Assembly: GCA_963750535.1 (NCBI GenBank)
Contig: CAVVRF010000007.1
Span: 1,117-65,116 of the forward strand
Source: an uncultured Alphaproteobacteria bacterium
GTDB lineage: Bacteria; Pseudomonadota; Alphaproteobacteria; Rhizobiales; Hyphomicrobiaceae
Length of the DNA stretch: 64,000 nt
Reading direction: 5' to 3'
The notes below the pieces were generated by a model. That model was not told the origin of the DNA, searched no databases, and worked only from the letters and a program-made list of their open reading frames with translations. Position numbers and translations under genes: made by a program. Shown one piece after another: positions 1 through 9,618 of this stretch (positions are counted from its first letter, which is position 1; each line of letters begins with the position of its first letter).

Positions 1-225
1 CAATAGCCGCCATGGATATAGGCGACGACCGGAGCTCGAGCGGCTTCGACCGCCGGCCGGTATAGATCGTAGACGTTGCGGGCTCGCGGGCCGTAGACGA
101 TATCCCGCTCCGGCGCCAGATCGGCGCGCGCCGCCGCCGACGCCTCTGTCCAGCGGGCGATGATCTCCGCGGAGTTCTTGACGCGGGCGCGATTGTTGTA
201 CTCGGCCTCAAGATCGAGTGGCATC
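1..225 (-). CDS. alpha/beta hydrolase fold protein (esterase/lipase-like), N-terminal fragment running off the window start
   Basis: Minus-strand translation from ATG at ~225 gives MPLDLEAEYNNRARVKNSAEIIARWTEAS...APVVAYIHGGY, including the HGG oxyanion-hole motif of alpha/beta hydrolases. An AGGAGA RBS lies 6-8 nt upstream. The ORF is open to position 1. Confidence 0.6.
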
Positions 226-235
226 GCGATTCTCC

Positions 236-1867
236 TCACGCCGCAACCGCCCTGGCACGGGCATCCTCAATGACGAGATCCGAAGCCTTCTCGCCGATCA
301 TGATCGCGGGCGCATTGGTGTTGCCGGAGGTCATGGTCGGCATGATCGATGCGTCCGCCACGCGCAGGCCGGCAATGCCATGGACCCGCAAGCGCTCGTC
401 GACCACTGCATTCGGGTCTCGTCCCATCTTGGCGGTGCCGCACGGATGAAAGATCGTGGTGCCGAGCTCGCGAGCGAACTGCATCAGCTGCTCGTCGCTG
501 GTCTTGTCGCGGCCGGGAGCGTGCTCGCGCACGACGATGCCGGCGAACGGCGGCTGGGCGACGATGTGGCGGGCGAGCTTTATCGCCTGGAGCAGCACCT
601 GGCGGTCGAGCTCTGCCTCGAGGTAGTTGGACACGATCAGCGGATGCACCGCCGGGTCGGGCGACTTGATGCGGATGTAGCCGCGGCTCTCGGGGCGCAG
701 CTGGCAAACCGACACGATAACGCCGGGGAACTTGTGCAGGCCCTTGCCGGGCCCCTCGCCTGACAACGGAATGAAATGGAACTGGATGTCGGGATCCTCG
801 ATCCCGGGCGAGGATCGGGTGAACACGCCGACCACGCCGGCGCCGAATGTCAGCATGCCGCTGCGCTTGAAGATGTACTCCATGCCGGTCTTGAGCTGCA
901 GCCAGCGACTGTGCCAGACCTCGTTGAGGCTGCCGCGCGCTCCCATCTCGTAGACCAGGCGCGCCTGATAGTGATCCTGCAGGTTCTCGCCGACACCGGC
1001 CAGCTCGTGGCGCACCTCGACGCCGGCCGCCTTCAACACCGCGGCCGGCCCGATGCCGGAGACCTGCAGCAACTGCGGCGAGCCGATCGCGCCGGCAGCG
1101 AGGATCACCTCGCGGCGCGCCTTGACCGTCTCCGGATTGCCATGACGCTTGATGCGGACACCGGTGGCGCGCTTGCCATCGAGGGTGACGCCTTGCGCCT
1201 CGGCGTGGGTGATGACGTGGAGGTTCTGGCGTCCCTTGATCGGGCGCAGGTAGGCGACAGCCGAGGTCGAACGGCGCCCGTTGCGGTTGGTGAGCTGGTA
1301 ATAGCCGACGCCTTCCTGAGCCGGGCCATTGAAGTCGTTCGTGAACGGAATGCCCGCGGCCACGCACGATTTCACGAACGCATCGCATACCGGATTGTCC
1401 ATGTGCACGTCGGAGACGCCGAGCGGTCCGCCGGCGCCGTGCAGCGCGTCGGCGCCGCGCTCCTGGTGCTCGGCGCGCTTGAAATAGGGCAGTACGTCAG
1501 CAAATGACCAACCGGCATTGCCGAACTGGCGCCACAGGTCGTAGTCGCGCGCCTGGCCGCGCACGTAGAGCAGGCCGTTGATCGCGCTGGTGCCGCCGAG
1601 CACCCGCCCTCGCGGCCAGTTTATGGTGCGGCCGCCGAGATGCGGCTCTGGCCCCGATCCGAACTGCCAGGTGATCTTCGGGTTCAGAACGTTGCGGTAG
1701 TATCCGGCCGGGATATGGATCCACGGGTTGGTGTCGCGCCCGCCCGCCTCCAGCAAGGCGACGGTGACGCCGGGGTCGGCGCTCAGCCGGTTTGCGAGCA
1801 CGCATCCGGCCGAGCCCGCGCCAACGATCACGTAGTCGTAGCCATCCGCAGCAACTTCAGTCGCCAT
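236..1867 (-). CDS. GMC family oxidoreductase (choline dehydrogenase-like FAD flavoprotein)
   Basis: N-terminal GxGxxG FAD fold (DYVIVGAGSAGCVLANRLS), GMC signature blocks (GGTSAINGLLYVRG; HPCGTAKMG), about 543 aa. The start is set at MATEV (ATG ~1867). The 224-codon in-frame extension of the supplied 768-aa ORF is antisense to the next gene and is unsupported. Confidence 0.85.
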   Translation of the reverse strand: MATEVAADGYDYVIVGAGSAGCVLANRLSADPGVTVALLEAGGRDTNPWIHIPAGYYRNVLNPKITWQFGSGPEPHLGGRTINWPRGRVLGGTSAINGLLYVRGQARDYDLWRQFGNAGWSFADVLPYFKRAEHQERGADALHGAGGPLGVSDVHMDNPVCDAFVKSCVAAGIPFTNDFNGPAQEGVGYYQLTNRNGRRSTSAVAYLRPIKGRQNLHVITHAEAQGVTLDGKRATGVRIKRHGNPETVKARREVILAAGAIGSPQLLQVSGIGPAAVLKAAGVEVRHELAGVGENLQDHYQARLVYEMGARGSLNEVWHSRWLQLKTGMEYIFKRSGMLTFGAGVVGVFTRSSPGIEDPDIQFHFIPLSGEGPGKGLHKFPGVIVSVCQLRPESRGYIRIKSPDPAVHPLIVSNYLEAELDRQVLLQAIKLARHIVAQPPFAGIVVREHAPGRDKTSDEQLMQFARELGTTIFHPCGTAKMGRDPNAVVDERLRVHGIAGLRVADASIMPTMTSGNTNAPAIMIGEKASDLVIEDARARAVAA

Positions 1868-2000
1868 CACGTTTCCTCGCCCAGAGCAGTTTCCTGTGGA
1901 CAGGATGATATGAGCCTTGAGCGGGCTTTGCCAACGCAACGGACGCAAGGCTCGAATCGGCTTATCGCAGGGTGGTCTTGCGTTTTCGACGTCAACCAGC

Positions 2001-2294
2001 ATGAAAGCAGAGCTGACATGGCAAAGAAACCGGGTGGAGAATTCTACGGGGAAGGCTGCCGCCGCCGCCGCGGCGCGCGTGCTGGCCGATCCTGCAGCGA
2101 GCAAGGCAGCGAAGAAAGCCGCGGCCTCGGCGCTGACGCAATCGAAGAGCGCAACCGAGACGACCGGCGAGGCCGCCGCCAAGGCCGCGTCGAAAGTCAT
2201 GCGCGATCCGAAGGCCAGCAAGGACGCCAAGTCCGCCGCGGCCTCGGCGCTGACGCAGAAGACGAAGGCGAAGGCGAAGGCCAAGAAGAAATAG
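2001..2294 (+). CDS. small Ala/Lys-rich protein with two copies of a D-P-x-A-S-K...AAASALTQ...KAKAK module (histone H1/AlgP-like low-complexity tail)
   Basis: The ORF ends KTKAKAKAKKK*. It is internally repeated (ADPAASKAAKKAAASALTQ / RDPKASKDAKSAAASALTQ). Its 3' end plus the downstream hairpin are duplicated at the end of hicB (3090-3253). The start codon is uncertain (ATG 2001 chosen). Confidence 0.5.
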   Translation: MKAELTWQRNRVENSTGKAAAAAAARVLADPAASKAAKKAAASALTQSKSATETTGEAAAKAASKVMRDPKASKDAKSAAASALTQKTKAKAKAKKK

Positions 2295-2304
2295 CACTTG
2301 CCGC

Positions 2305-2343
2305 CGAGGCGTCCGGTCAGTCCCGGTTGGACGCCTCGGGCGG
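2305..2343 (+). terminator. 11-bp perfect stem hairpin (CCGAGGCGTCC / GGACGCCTCGG) after the Ala/Lys-rich gene; terminator-like, no strong U-tract
   Basis: Inverted repeat read directly. The identical hairpin recurs at 3215-3253. Confidence 0.4.
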
Positions 2344-2373
2344 CCATGGATTGTAATGCATTGACGATTGAAG

Positions 2374-2393
2374 GTGTGTATATTATTACACAC
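2374..2393. promoter_or_regulatory. palindrome GTGTGTA-TATTAT-TACACAC overlapping a sigma70-like promoter (TTGACG ... TATTAT) upstream of hicA; candidate HicB operator
   Basis: Perfect 7-bp arms with an AT-rich centre sit 35-55 nt upstream of the hicA start, in the position expected for an autoregulatory antitoxin operator. Confidence 0.35.
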
Positions 2394-2427
2394 TGAATCT
2401 TGCTTTCACTCTTGCCTGCGGCTCCTG

Positions 2428-2625
2428 ATGATAGAGCGCAATAGTCAGCGCATTCTGGCTCGCTTGAGGCGAGAAGGTTGGGAAGAGGTTGGCGGCAGGG
2501 GCTCGCACCGCAAATTGCGGCAGGTCGCAACCGGTCGCACATTGGTCGTGCCGCACCCGAAGAAGGATCTGCCCATCGGCACTGCGCGGAAGATTGCGAA
2601 GCAGGCCGGATGGCTGTCGGAGTAA
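2428..2625 (+). CDS. hicA: type II toxin-antitoxin system HicA family toxin
   Basis: ILARLRREGWEEVGGRGSHRKLRQVATGRTLVVPHPKKDLPIGTARKIAKQAGW matches the HicA mRNA-interferase signature (GSH...HPxKDLxxGTxxxIxKQAG). It is 65 aa, with 4 nt between its stop and the hicB start. Confidence 0.8.
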   Translation: MIERNSQRILARLRREGWEEVGGRGSHRKLRQVATGRTLVVPHPKKDLPIGTARKIAKQAGWLSE

Positions 2626-2629
2626 GGCC

Positions 2630-3205
2630 ATGCAGACGTACTACGCTCTAGTGCATCAGGATGGTGATAGCGCATTTGGAATCAGCTTTCCGGATGTACC
2701 CCACTGCTTCTCGGCGGCCGACGATGAGGACGCCGTTATGAGAAACGCGCAGGAGGCACTTGCGCTGTATGTCGGGGATCTGACCGAGCTGCCGGCCGCG
2801 CGATCACTGCACGAGCTCAGGCTTGATTCGGAGGTGCGAGCGGATCTCGAGGCAGGCGCCTTCATAATTGCGGTGCCGCTGATCGTCCTGGATCACAAGG
2901 CCAGATTCAATTTGATGCTGGATACCGCGCTCGTCGCCGGGGTAGACGATATTGCCAAGGCGATAGGGGTTAGTCGCTCGGAGTTCATTTCGCAAACCGT
3001 GCGAACCCGGCTCGAAACGGACGTGGGGGCGATTGTACTAAAGAAGACTTCCGATGGCGGCGGGAATTTCAAGAAGAATGTCAGATTCGTCCCGGCCGCC
3101 GCCGCGGCGCGCGTGCCGGCCGATCCTGCAGCGAGCAAGGTAGCGAAGAAAGCCGCGGCCTCGGCGCTGACGCAGAAGACGAAGGCGAAGGCCAAGAAGA
3201 AATAG
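2630..3205 (+). CDS. hicB: HicB family antitoxin with an appended C-terminal Ala/Lys-rich tail
   Basis: The N-terminal MQTYYALVHQDGDSAFGISFPDVPHCFSAADDEDAVMRNAQEALALYV is the HicB RNase-H-like fold. The middle (IAKAIGVSRSEFISQTVRTRLE) is an RHH/HTH-like DNA-binding segment. The last ~35 aa (AAARVPADPAASKVAKKAAASALTQKTKAKAKKK) are a copy of the module in the 2001-2294 protein. Confidence 0.75.
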   Translation: MQTYYALVHQDGDSAFGISFPDVPHCFSAADDEDAVMRNAQEALALYVGDLTELPAARSLHELRLDSEVRADLEAGAFIIAVPLIVLDHKARFNLMLDTALVAGVDDIAKAIGVSRSEFISQTVRTRLETDVGAIVLKKTSDGGGNFKKNVRFVPAAAAARVPADPAASKVAKKAAASALTQKTKAKAKKK

Positions 3206-3253
3206 CACTTGCCGCCGAGGCGTCCGGTCAGTCCCGGTTGGACGCCTCGGGCT
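3090..3253 (+). repeat. direct repeat of ~2225-2343 (3' coding module KAAASALTQKTKAKAKKK, stop, and the 11-bp-stem hairpin)
   Basis: Near-identical string ...gccgatcctgcagcgagcaagg[c/t]agcgaagaaagccgcggcctcggcgctgacgcagaagacgaaggcgaaggccaagaagaaatagcacttgccgccgaggcgtccggtcagtcccggttggacgcctcgggc at both places. Confidence 0.7.
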
Positions 3254-3281
3254 GCCTGATCTCGTTTTCACCAGCCCTTTC

Positions 3282-3989
3282 TCAAGCAGGCCGGTAGGCG
3301 CCGTCTCTCAGAACCGGCGCGATGCTGCTGGCCCCGATGGAAACCGCGATCTCGACGTCGTCGGCGAAACCGGCATCGATCAGCTCTTGTCCCGACATCG
3401 AAGCGCAGATCAGCGACGCGAGACTTGTCCTCGCAGCTCGGTAGCTGTTCAGGGCTACCTGGGCTTCCGCCGAGCACGGCATGTTCAAGCTATCGAGGAT
3501 CGCGCCGGCGCCCAGCATGTCCTCGATGGCCGACCTCAGCGAACCATCCGGCCATTGCTCGCCTGCCGGAACGACGGCGATGGGCCTGCCATCGGCGATG
3601 GTCAATGCCGCAGCAGCCACGGCCGCGGCATTGCGCAGGCATCCGGCCAGGGCGTACGACGGGGCGCACGCGAGCGACAAGCGCGATCCATTGGGAGATG
3701 GTAGCAGCAGTGCGGTTCCCGGCCGGATTTGGGTCAGGCTTGCCGGCGACAGGCTGAACTGAGCTCCAGCGGTCCGGCGGGGCTTCGCCAGCTCGGCACC
3801 AACTCGCGCAGCGGCCAGTTCTGCCGCCGCCATATCGCCGTAAGGGAACGGATGGATGATCGCGCCATGCGATACCGCGACATCGACGGCAGTGCAAAAC
3901 GAGAGCACGTCGACGATGACGATCACCGCTGCCTTGTCGCGGAGGAGCTCGACGCCAGCCATGCCCCATTCGCAGAATGCCCGGGCCAT
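3282..3989 (-). CDS. 2-phosphosulfolactate phosphatase (ComB) family protein
   Basis: VIVIVDVLSFCTAVDVAVSHGAIIHPF resembles the ComB N-terminal motif (VIDVLRATST), and length is ~235 aa. Family assignment is from memory and of moderate certainty. Confidence 0.5.
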   Translation of the reverse strand: MARAFCEWGMAGVELLRDKAAVIVIVDVLSFCTAVDVAVSHGAIIHPFPYGDMAAAELAAARVGAELAKPRRTAGAQFSLSPASLTQIRPGTALLLPSPNGSRLSLACAPSYALAGCLRNAAAVAAAALTIADGRPIAVVPAGEQWPDGSLRSAIEDMLGAGAILDSLNMPCSAEAQVALNSYRAARTSLASLICASMSGQELIDAGFADDVEIAVSIGASSIAPVLRDGAYRPA

Positions 3990-4027
3990 GTCGATCTCCG
4001 GATACCGCTTCGCCGCGGTGTGCCGCT

Positions 4028-4915
4028 TCAGTCCTGCTTCTTAGCCCGCAGCGCGCGATACGTTTCGATGACCTGACTGTCGTCGCGAGCGCCGAGGCCC
4101 ATGCCGGATGCGGCGATGAAGAGCTGATGCGCTGCCGCCGACAGTGGCAATCCCATTTTTGCCGCCTTGCCCGCATCCAGCACCAGGCCGAGATCCTTGA
4201 CGAAGATGTCGACCGCGCTCGTCACCTGGCCGTCGTCGGCGACCATGCGTGGTCCGCAATTCTTGAGCATCCATGACGATGCCGCCGCGCCCGACAGGAT
4301 TTCAAGCGCCAGCGCCGGATCGATGCCGGCGCGCTCCGCCAGCGCCAGCCCTTCGGCGGCAGCGGCGATGTGGATGCCGGCCAGCAGCTGGTTGACCGTC
4401 TTCATGGCCGCGCCCTGGCCCGGCGCGGTGCCCAGGTAGTAGAGGTTCGAGCCCATCGCCGACAGCAGCGGCTTCACTTCGGCAAAGACCGGCGTGGCAG
4501 CCGAGGCCATGATGGTGAGAGTGCCGGCGGTGGCACCGACCACTCCACCCGACACCGGCGCATCGACGAACTTGCGTCCCGTGGCCTCGACCTTCGCTGC
4601 CATCGCGACAACGCGGGCCGGTGCGCAGGTCGCCATCACGATCACTGTCGCATCGGGCTTCAAGGCATCGAGCGCCTTGGCATCGAACAGCACCGCCTCG
4701 GCCTGCTCGGCGTTGACCACCATCAGCACCAGCGCATCGGCGCCCCTGGCAGCCTCCGCCGCCGACGCCGCGCCGTGCCCGCCAGCGGCCACCAATTTCG
4801 CCACAGCCTCGCTGCGCATGTCGAAGCCGGTCACCCGGAACTGCTTCTTCACGAGGCCCTCGGCCATCGCCGAGCCCATCGCGCCGAGACCGACAAACGC
4901 TACATTCATCGTCAT
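4028..4915 (-). CDS. NAD(P)-dependent 3-hydroxyisobutyrate dehydrogenase / 2-hydroxy-3-oxopropionate reductase family
   Basis: MTMNVAFVGLGAMGSAMAEGL Rossmann N-terminus, ~295 aa. The start ATG overlaps the TGA of the upstream permease gene (ATGA coupling). Confidence 0.8.
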   Translation of the reverse strand: MTMNVAFVGLGAMGSAMAEGLVKKQFRVTGFDMRSEAVAKLVAAGGHGAASAAEAARGADALVLMVVNAEQAEAVLFDAKALDALKPDATVIVMATCAPARVVAMAAKVEATGRKFVDAPVSGGVVGATAGTLTIMASAATPVFAEVKPLLSAMGSNLYYLGTAPGQGAAMKTVNQLLAGIHIAAAAEGLALAERAGIDPALALEILSGAAASSWMLKNCGPRMVADDGQVTSAVDIFVKDLGLVLDAGKAAKMGLPLSAAAHQLFIAASGMGLGARDDSQVIETYRALRAKKQD

Positions 4916-5844
4916 TCCTTGACTGCTCCGGTCATGGCCGAGACGTAGTGCTCGACGAAGAACGCATAGAGGATCACCAGCGGCAGCGAGCCGACCAGCG
5001 CACCGGCCATCAGCGAGCCCCAGCGGTAGATGTCGCCATCGACGAACTCGTTGACGATCGCCACCGGCACCGTCTTGTTCTGCGTCGAGGACAGGAACGT
5101 AAGTGCATAGATGAACTCGTTCCAGCACAGGGTGAAGCAGAAAATGAAGGCCGAGATCAGCCCCGGCACGGCAAGCGGCAGGACAATCTTGGTCAGGATC
5201 TGCCAGCGGCTGGCCCCGTCGATCAACGCGCACTCCTCGAGCTCGAACGGAATGGTCTTGAAATAGCCCATCAGCAGCCACGTCGAGAACGGCACAAGGA
5301 ACGTCGGGTAGACCAGGATCAATGCCAGCGGGCTGTCGAACAGCCCGTAGTTATAGATCACCGTCGCCAGCGGAATGAACAGGATCGAAGGCGGAACGAG
5401 ATAGGCGAGGAAGATCAATGCGCCGACGGTCTGCGCTCCACGGAACCGGAGCCGCACGATGGCATAGGCGGCGAGTACGCTGGCAAACAGCGACAGCGCC
5501 GTGGCGCAGGTCGCGACCAGCATCGTGTTCCACAGCCAGCGTGGATAGGCCGATTCGAACAGCAGCTTGTTGATGTGCTTCAGCGTCGGCGATGGCGTCC
5601 AGAACGGGTTGATCTTCTCCATGTCGAGCAGCTGCTCGTCAGGTTTGATGGCGGTCAGCGCCATCCAGTAGAACGGAAACAGCAGCACGATCAGGATCAG
5701 CAGGATCGGCAGATAGGTGGTGATCAGGCGCCGCGGCAGCGTATCGAGGTAGGCCATGCCCTCGTTGTCGTCGCCGCGTGCGACAGCATCCTGACCGGCA
5801 CCAGCGACCTTGGAGCGGGCGAGTGCGTCAGTCATTGTTGCCAC
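4912..5844 (-). CDS. carbohydrate ABC transporter permease (MalG-like, CUT1)
   Basis: Six TM segments and the EAA-like loop ...ALIDGASRWQILTKIVLPLAVPGL typical of sugar ABC inner-membrane components. Confidence 0.85.
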   Translation of the reverse strand: MATMTDALARSKVAGAGQDAVARGDDNEGMAYLDTLPRRLITTYLPILLILIVLLFPFYWMALTAIKPDEQLLDMEKINPFWTPSPTLKHINKLLFESAYPRWLWNTMLVATCATALSLFASVLAAYAIVRLRFRGAQTVGALIFLAYLVPPSILFIPLATVIYNYGLFDSPLALILVYPTFLVPFSTWLLMGYFKTIPFELEECALIDGASRWQILTKIVLPLAVPGLISAFIFCFTLCWNEFIYALTFLSSTQNKTVPVAIVNEFVDGDIYRWGSLMAGALVGSLPLVILYAFFVEHYVSAMTGAVKE

Positions 5845-6802
5845 CTTGCTGCCACTTGCGCTGCTGCAATCCGAACCAGCTCACCATGATCGCCGCCAGC
5901 AGGAACGGGATCATCGCCGTCGAGATCGCGGCGCCCTCGCCGAGCTGGCCGGCGATGATCGCCCGCTGGTAGGAGAGCGTCGCCATCAGGTGCGTGGCGT
6001 TTACCGGCCCGCCGCGGGTCATCGCCCAGATCAACTGGAAGTCGGTGAAGGTGAACAGCACGGAGAAGGTCATCACCACCGCGATGATCGGCGTCAGCAG
6101 CGGGTAGGTGATGTGCCGGAACAGCTGCCACTTCGACGCGCCGTCCAGCGTTGCGGCCTCGTAGAGCGACGGCGACACGGTCTGCAGGCCGGCCAGCAGG
6201 GTGATCGCGACGAACGGAATGCCGCGCCAGATGTTGGCAAAGATGACGCTGGCACGGGCGTTGTTCGGATCGCCGAGAAAATCGATGTTCTGGGTGATCA
6301 GGCCCATCTTCTTCAGCGTCCACGACAGGATCGAGAACTGGCTGTCGTAGATCCACCAGAAGGCGATTGCCGACAGCACCGTCGGCACGATGAACGGGAT
6401 CAGCACCGCCGCCCGGATCAGCGCCTTGAACGGCAGATGCTTGTTGAGCAGCAGCGCCAGATAAAGTCCGATCGCGAACTTCGCCGCGCTCGCCACGGAT
6501 GTGTAGATCAGCGTGTTGAAGACCGACAGCCAGAAGATCGAGTCACCCATCAGCCATTCGTAGTTCTCGAGGCCGATGAATTGGCCGGCGCGGCCGATCT
6601 TGGTGTCGGTGAACGACAGCCAGATCCCGAGCACCAGCGGCCACGCCAGGAACAGGCCGAGCAGGAGCGCGGCAGGCATCATGTACCAGAAGCCCAGCCA
6701 GTTGCGGCTCGACTTCACCTGACTCCAGCTCGCGGCCTCGGCTTGCGCCGCCCGCGCTCCGGTCTGGACGCTGCCTGTGATCTCAGCCATGGGACCTGCC
6801 AT
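5828..6802 (-). CDS. carbohydrate ABC transporter permease (MalF-like, CUT1)
   Basis: EAATLDGASKWQLFRHITYPLL EAA motif and multiple TM helices. Confidence 0.85.
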   Translation of the reverse strand: MAGPMAEITGSVQTGARAAQAEAASWSQVKSSRNWLGFWYMMPAALLLGLFLAWPLVLGIWLSFTDTKIGRAGQFIGLENYEWLMGDSIFWLSVFNTLIYTSVASAAKFAIGLYLALLLNKHLPFKALIRAAVLIPFIVPTVLSAIAFWWIYDSQFSILSWTLKKMGLITQNIDFLGDPNNARASVIFANIWRGIPFVAITLLAGLQTVSPSLYEAATLDGASKWQLFRHITYPLLTPIIAVVMTFSVLFTFTDFQLIWAMTRGGPVNATHLMATLSYQRAIIAGQLGEGAAISTAMIPFLLAAIMVSWFGLQQRKWQQGGNND

Positions 6803-6949
6803 TCATCGATTCGAGTTGGACGAGCACGGCGGCGGCCATCGCCTCGGCGACCGGCGCGCGGCCGGTGCAGTAGCTGGCAACCATGTCGACCAGGATGAAC
6901 TCGGCCGGCGCGGTCGCGGGCTTCTCGCCGACCGCGCCGAGGCCGGGCC

Positions 6950-8272
6950 TCAGCGATAGATGCGCTTCAACTGCCGCTCGGCGACGGCGATCGAGCCCTT
7001 GATGTCCTCGCGGCCGGTGGCGGCGTTGGCGAACATGTCGACGATGATGAAGTCGGCGATTGCCGACGCCGCCTTCTCGCCGAGCGAGCCGAGCCCGCCT
7101 GGCGTCAGCGTGCGCTTGGCGACGTCGCGATAGGGCGTGCGCTTCGGGTCCGCCTTCCAGATCGGGTTGTCGTCGTACGCGAGCAGGAAGTGCGACAGGT
7201 AGCCCTGCGCCGACTCGACCCACGGGTTGAAGTTCTCGGCTTCGAGCATGAACGCCTGGAACGCCTTGCAGGCATTCGGGTACTTGGTGAAGTTGAACGT
7301 CAGCATCGTGAAGCACAGATGCAGCTCGGTCGGCTTGCCGACCGGACCGATCGGCATGTAGGCGTGGTCCATGTCCTCGGCGACGGCCTTGTTGTCCTTC
7401 TGCGCGCCGACATAGATCGAGATGCCGTTCGACGTCAGATGCAGGTCGCCGGCGACGAAGATCTTGTTGTTCGAAGAGTCGTTCCAGGACGCGGTGCCGG
7501 GAATGAACGTCTCGTACAGCGCCTTCACATACTCGAGCGCCTTCGCCGTCTCGGGCGAGTTGATGATGACCTTGTCGTCCTTGTCGACGGCGTTGCCGCC
7601 GTGTGCCCACAGCGCCCAGTGCAGCCAGGTGTTGGCATCGCCCGAGGCATGACCGAGCGCAAAGCCGGCGGGCGTGTTGTTCTTCTTCAGCGCGCGGCAC
7701 AGCTCGAGGAAGCTCGCGGTGTCCTTCGGGAACTCCTTGAAGCCCGCCTTCTCCATCGACGACTTGCGATAGTTCATCAGGCCGCCGGTGGTGGCGACCG
7801 GAATGCCGACCCACTTGCCGCCGGCCATTCCGTAGGCATTCGCCGAGCCGGCCCAGCCGCCGTACTTCTTGCCGAGATAGTCGGCGACGTCACTGACGTC
7901 GAGGCACTTCGAGACGAACAGATGCGGCAGCGAGTAGAGGCCCCACACCATGTCGAGGCCCTGGCCGGTGTTGGCGACCACCGATGCCTTCGGCTGCACG
8001 TCCTCGAACGACTCGTTGGTGACGTTGACCTCGACGCCCGTCGCCTTGGTGAAGGCGGCGACCATGCGCATGAAGGCCTGGTCCTCGGCTTCGATGAAGC
8101 GCTTCCAGCGCATCAGGTTGATCTTGGCGCCGGCTTCCGGCTTCCACGCCGCGGTCTGCGCCCACGCCTGGGCGAAGCCGGCGAGCTGCTCGGCGGTCAT
8201 CATGCTTCCGACTGCGGCGCCGGCGGTGGCGCCCTTCAGCAGCGAACGGCGATCGATTGTGCAAATGGTCAT
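6950..8272 (-). CDS. ABC transporter periplasmic sugar-binding protein with Tat signal
   Basis: N-terminal RRSLLKGATAGAAVG twin-arginine signal. ~440 aa extracellular solute-binding protein, placed first in the operon with the permeases and ATPase. Confidence 0.85.
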   Translation of the reverse strand: MTICTIDRRSLLKGATAGAAVGSMMTAEQLAGFAQAWAQTAAWKPEAGAKINLMRWKRFIEAEDQAFMRMVAAFTKATGVEVNVTNESFEDVQPKASVVANTGQGLDMVWGLYSLPHLFVSKCLDVSDVADYLGKKYGGWAGSANAYGMAGGKWVGIPVATTGGLMNYRKSSMEKAGFKEFPKDTASFLELCRALKKNNTPAGFALGHASGDANTWLHWALWAHGGNAVDKDDKVIINSPETAKALEYVKALYETFIPGTASWNDSSNNKIFVAGDLHLTSNGISIYVGAQKDNKAVAEDMDHAYMPIGPVGKPTELHLCFTMLTFNFTKYPNACKAFQAFMLEAENFNPWVESAQGYLSHFLLAYDDNPIWKADPKRTPYRDVAKRTLTPGGLGSLGEKAASAIADFIIVDMFANAATGREDIKGSIAVAERQLKRIYR

Positions 8273-8327
8273 AGGTCGTCTCCCCCAGAGGTTGGAAAAA
8301 AAGATTTTCGTTGAGTTGGCAGCAGGT

Positions 8328-9392
<1,065 letters not shown>

Positions 9393-9618
9393 CTTGCCTC
9401 CCCGAAAGCTACGAGCCGGGCTCGTTTTTGCTTGTCACTCGACTATGGCACGGACGGCCGTCAATGCCGAGCGGGACAACGTATACATTGAGTTCGCGCC
9501 ATGCCAAGCGCGAAGTTTGCCATGCTGCGAGTACGGATCAGAACACCTCCGCGGCGCGATGAATTTTTCCCCAGTACGGCCGGGAGCACAATTTCGAGCC
9601 GCGAAATGCGCACGAAAA

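Noticed and set aside
236-2542. Supplied 768-aa minus-strand ORF as a single giant GMC protein
   Set aside because: The GMC oxidoreductase fold starts at MATEVAADGYDYVIVGAGSAG (ATG ~1867). The 224 upstream codons are the antisense reading of the Ala/Lys-rich gene, low-complexity (AAAAAA, FAFAFV), and unsupported.
6783-7814. 343-aa minus-strand ORF overlapping the ABC substrate-binding protein gene
   Set aside because: It is an alternative frame of the same strand region. The 6950-8272 frame gives a coherent Tat-signal solute-binding protein, whereas this frame is Arg/Gly-rich without motifs.
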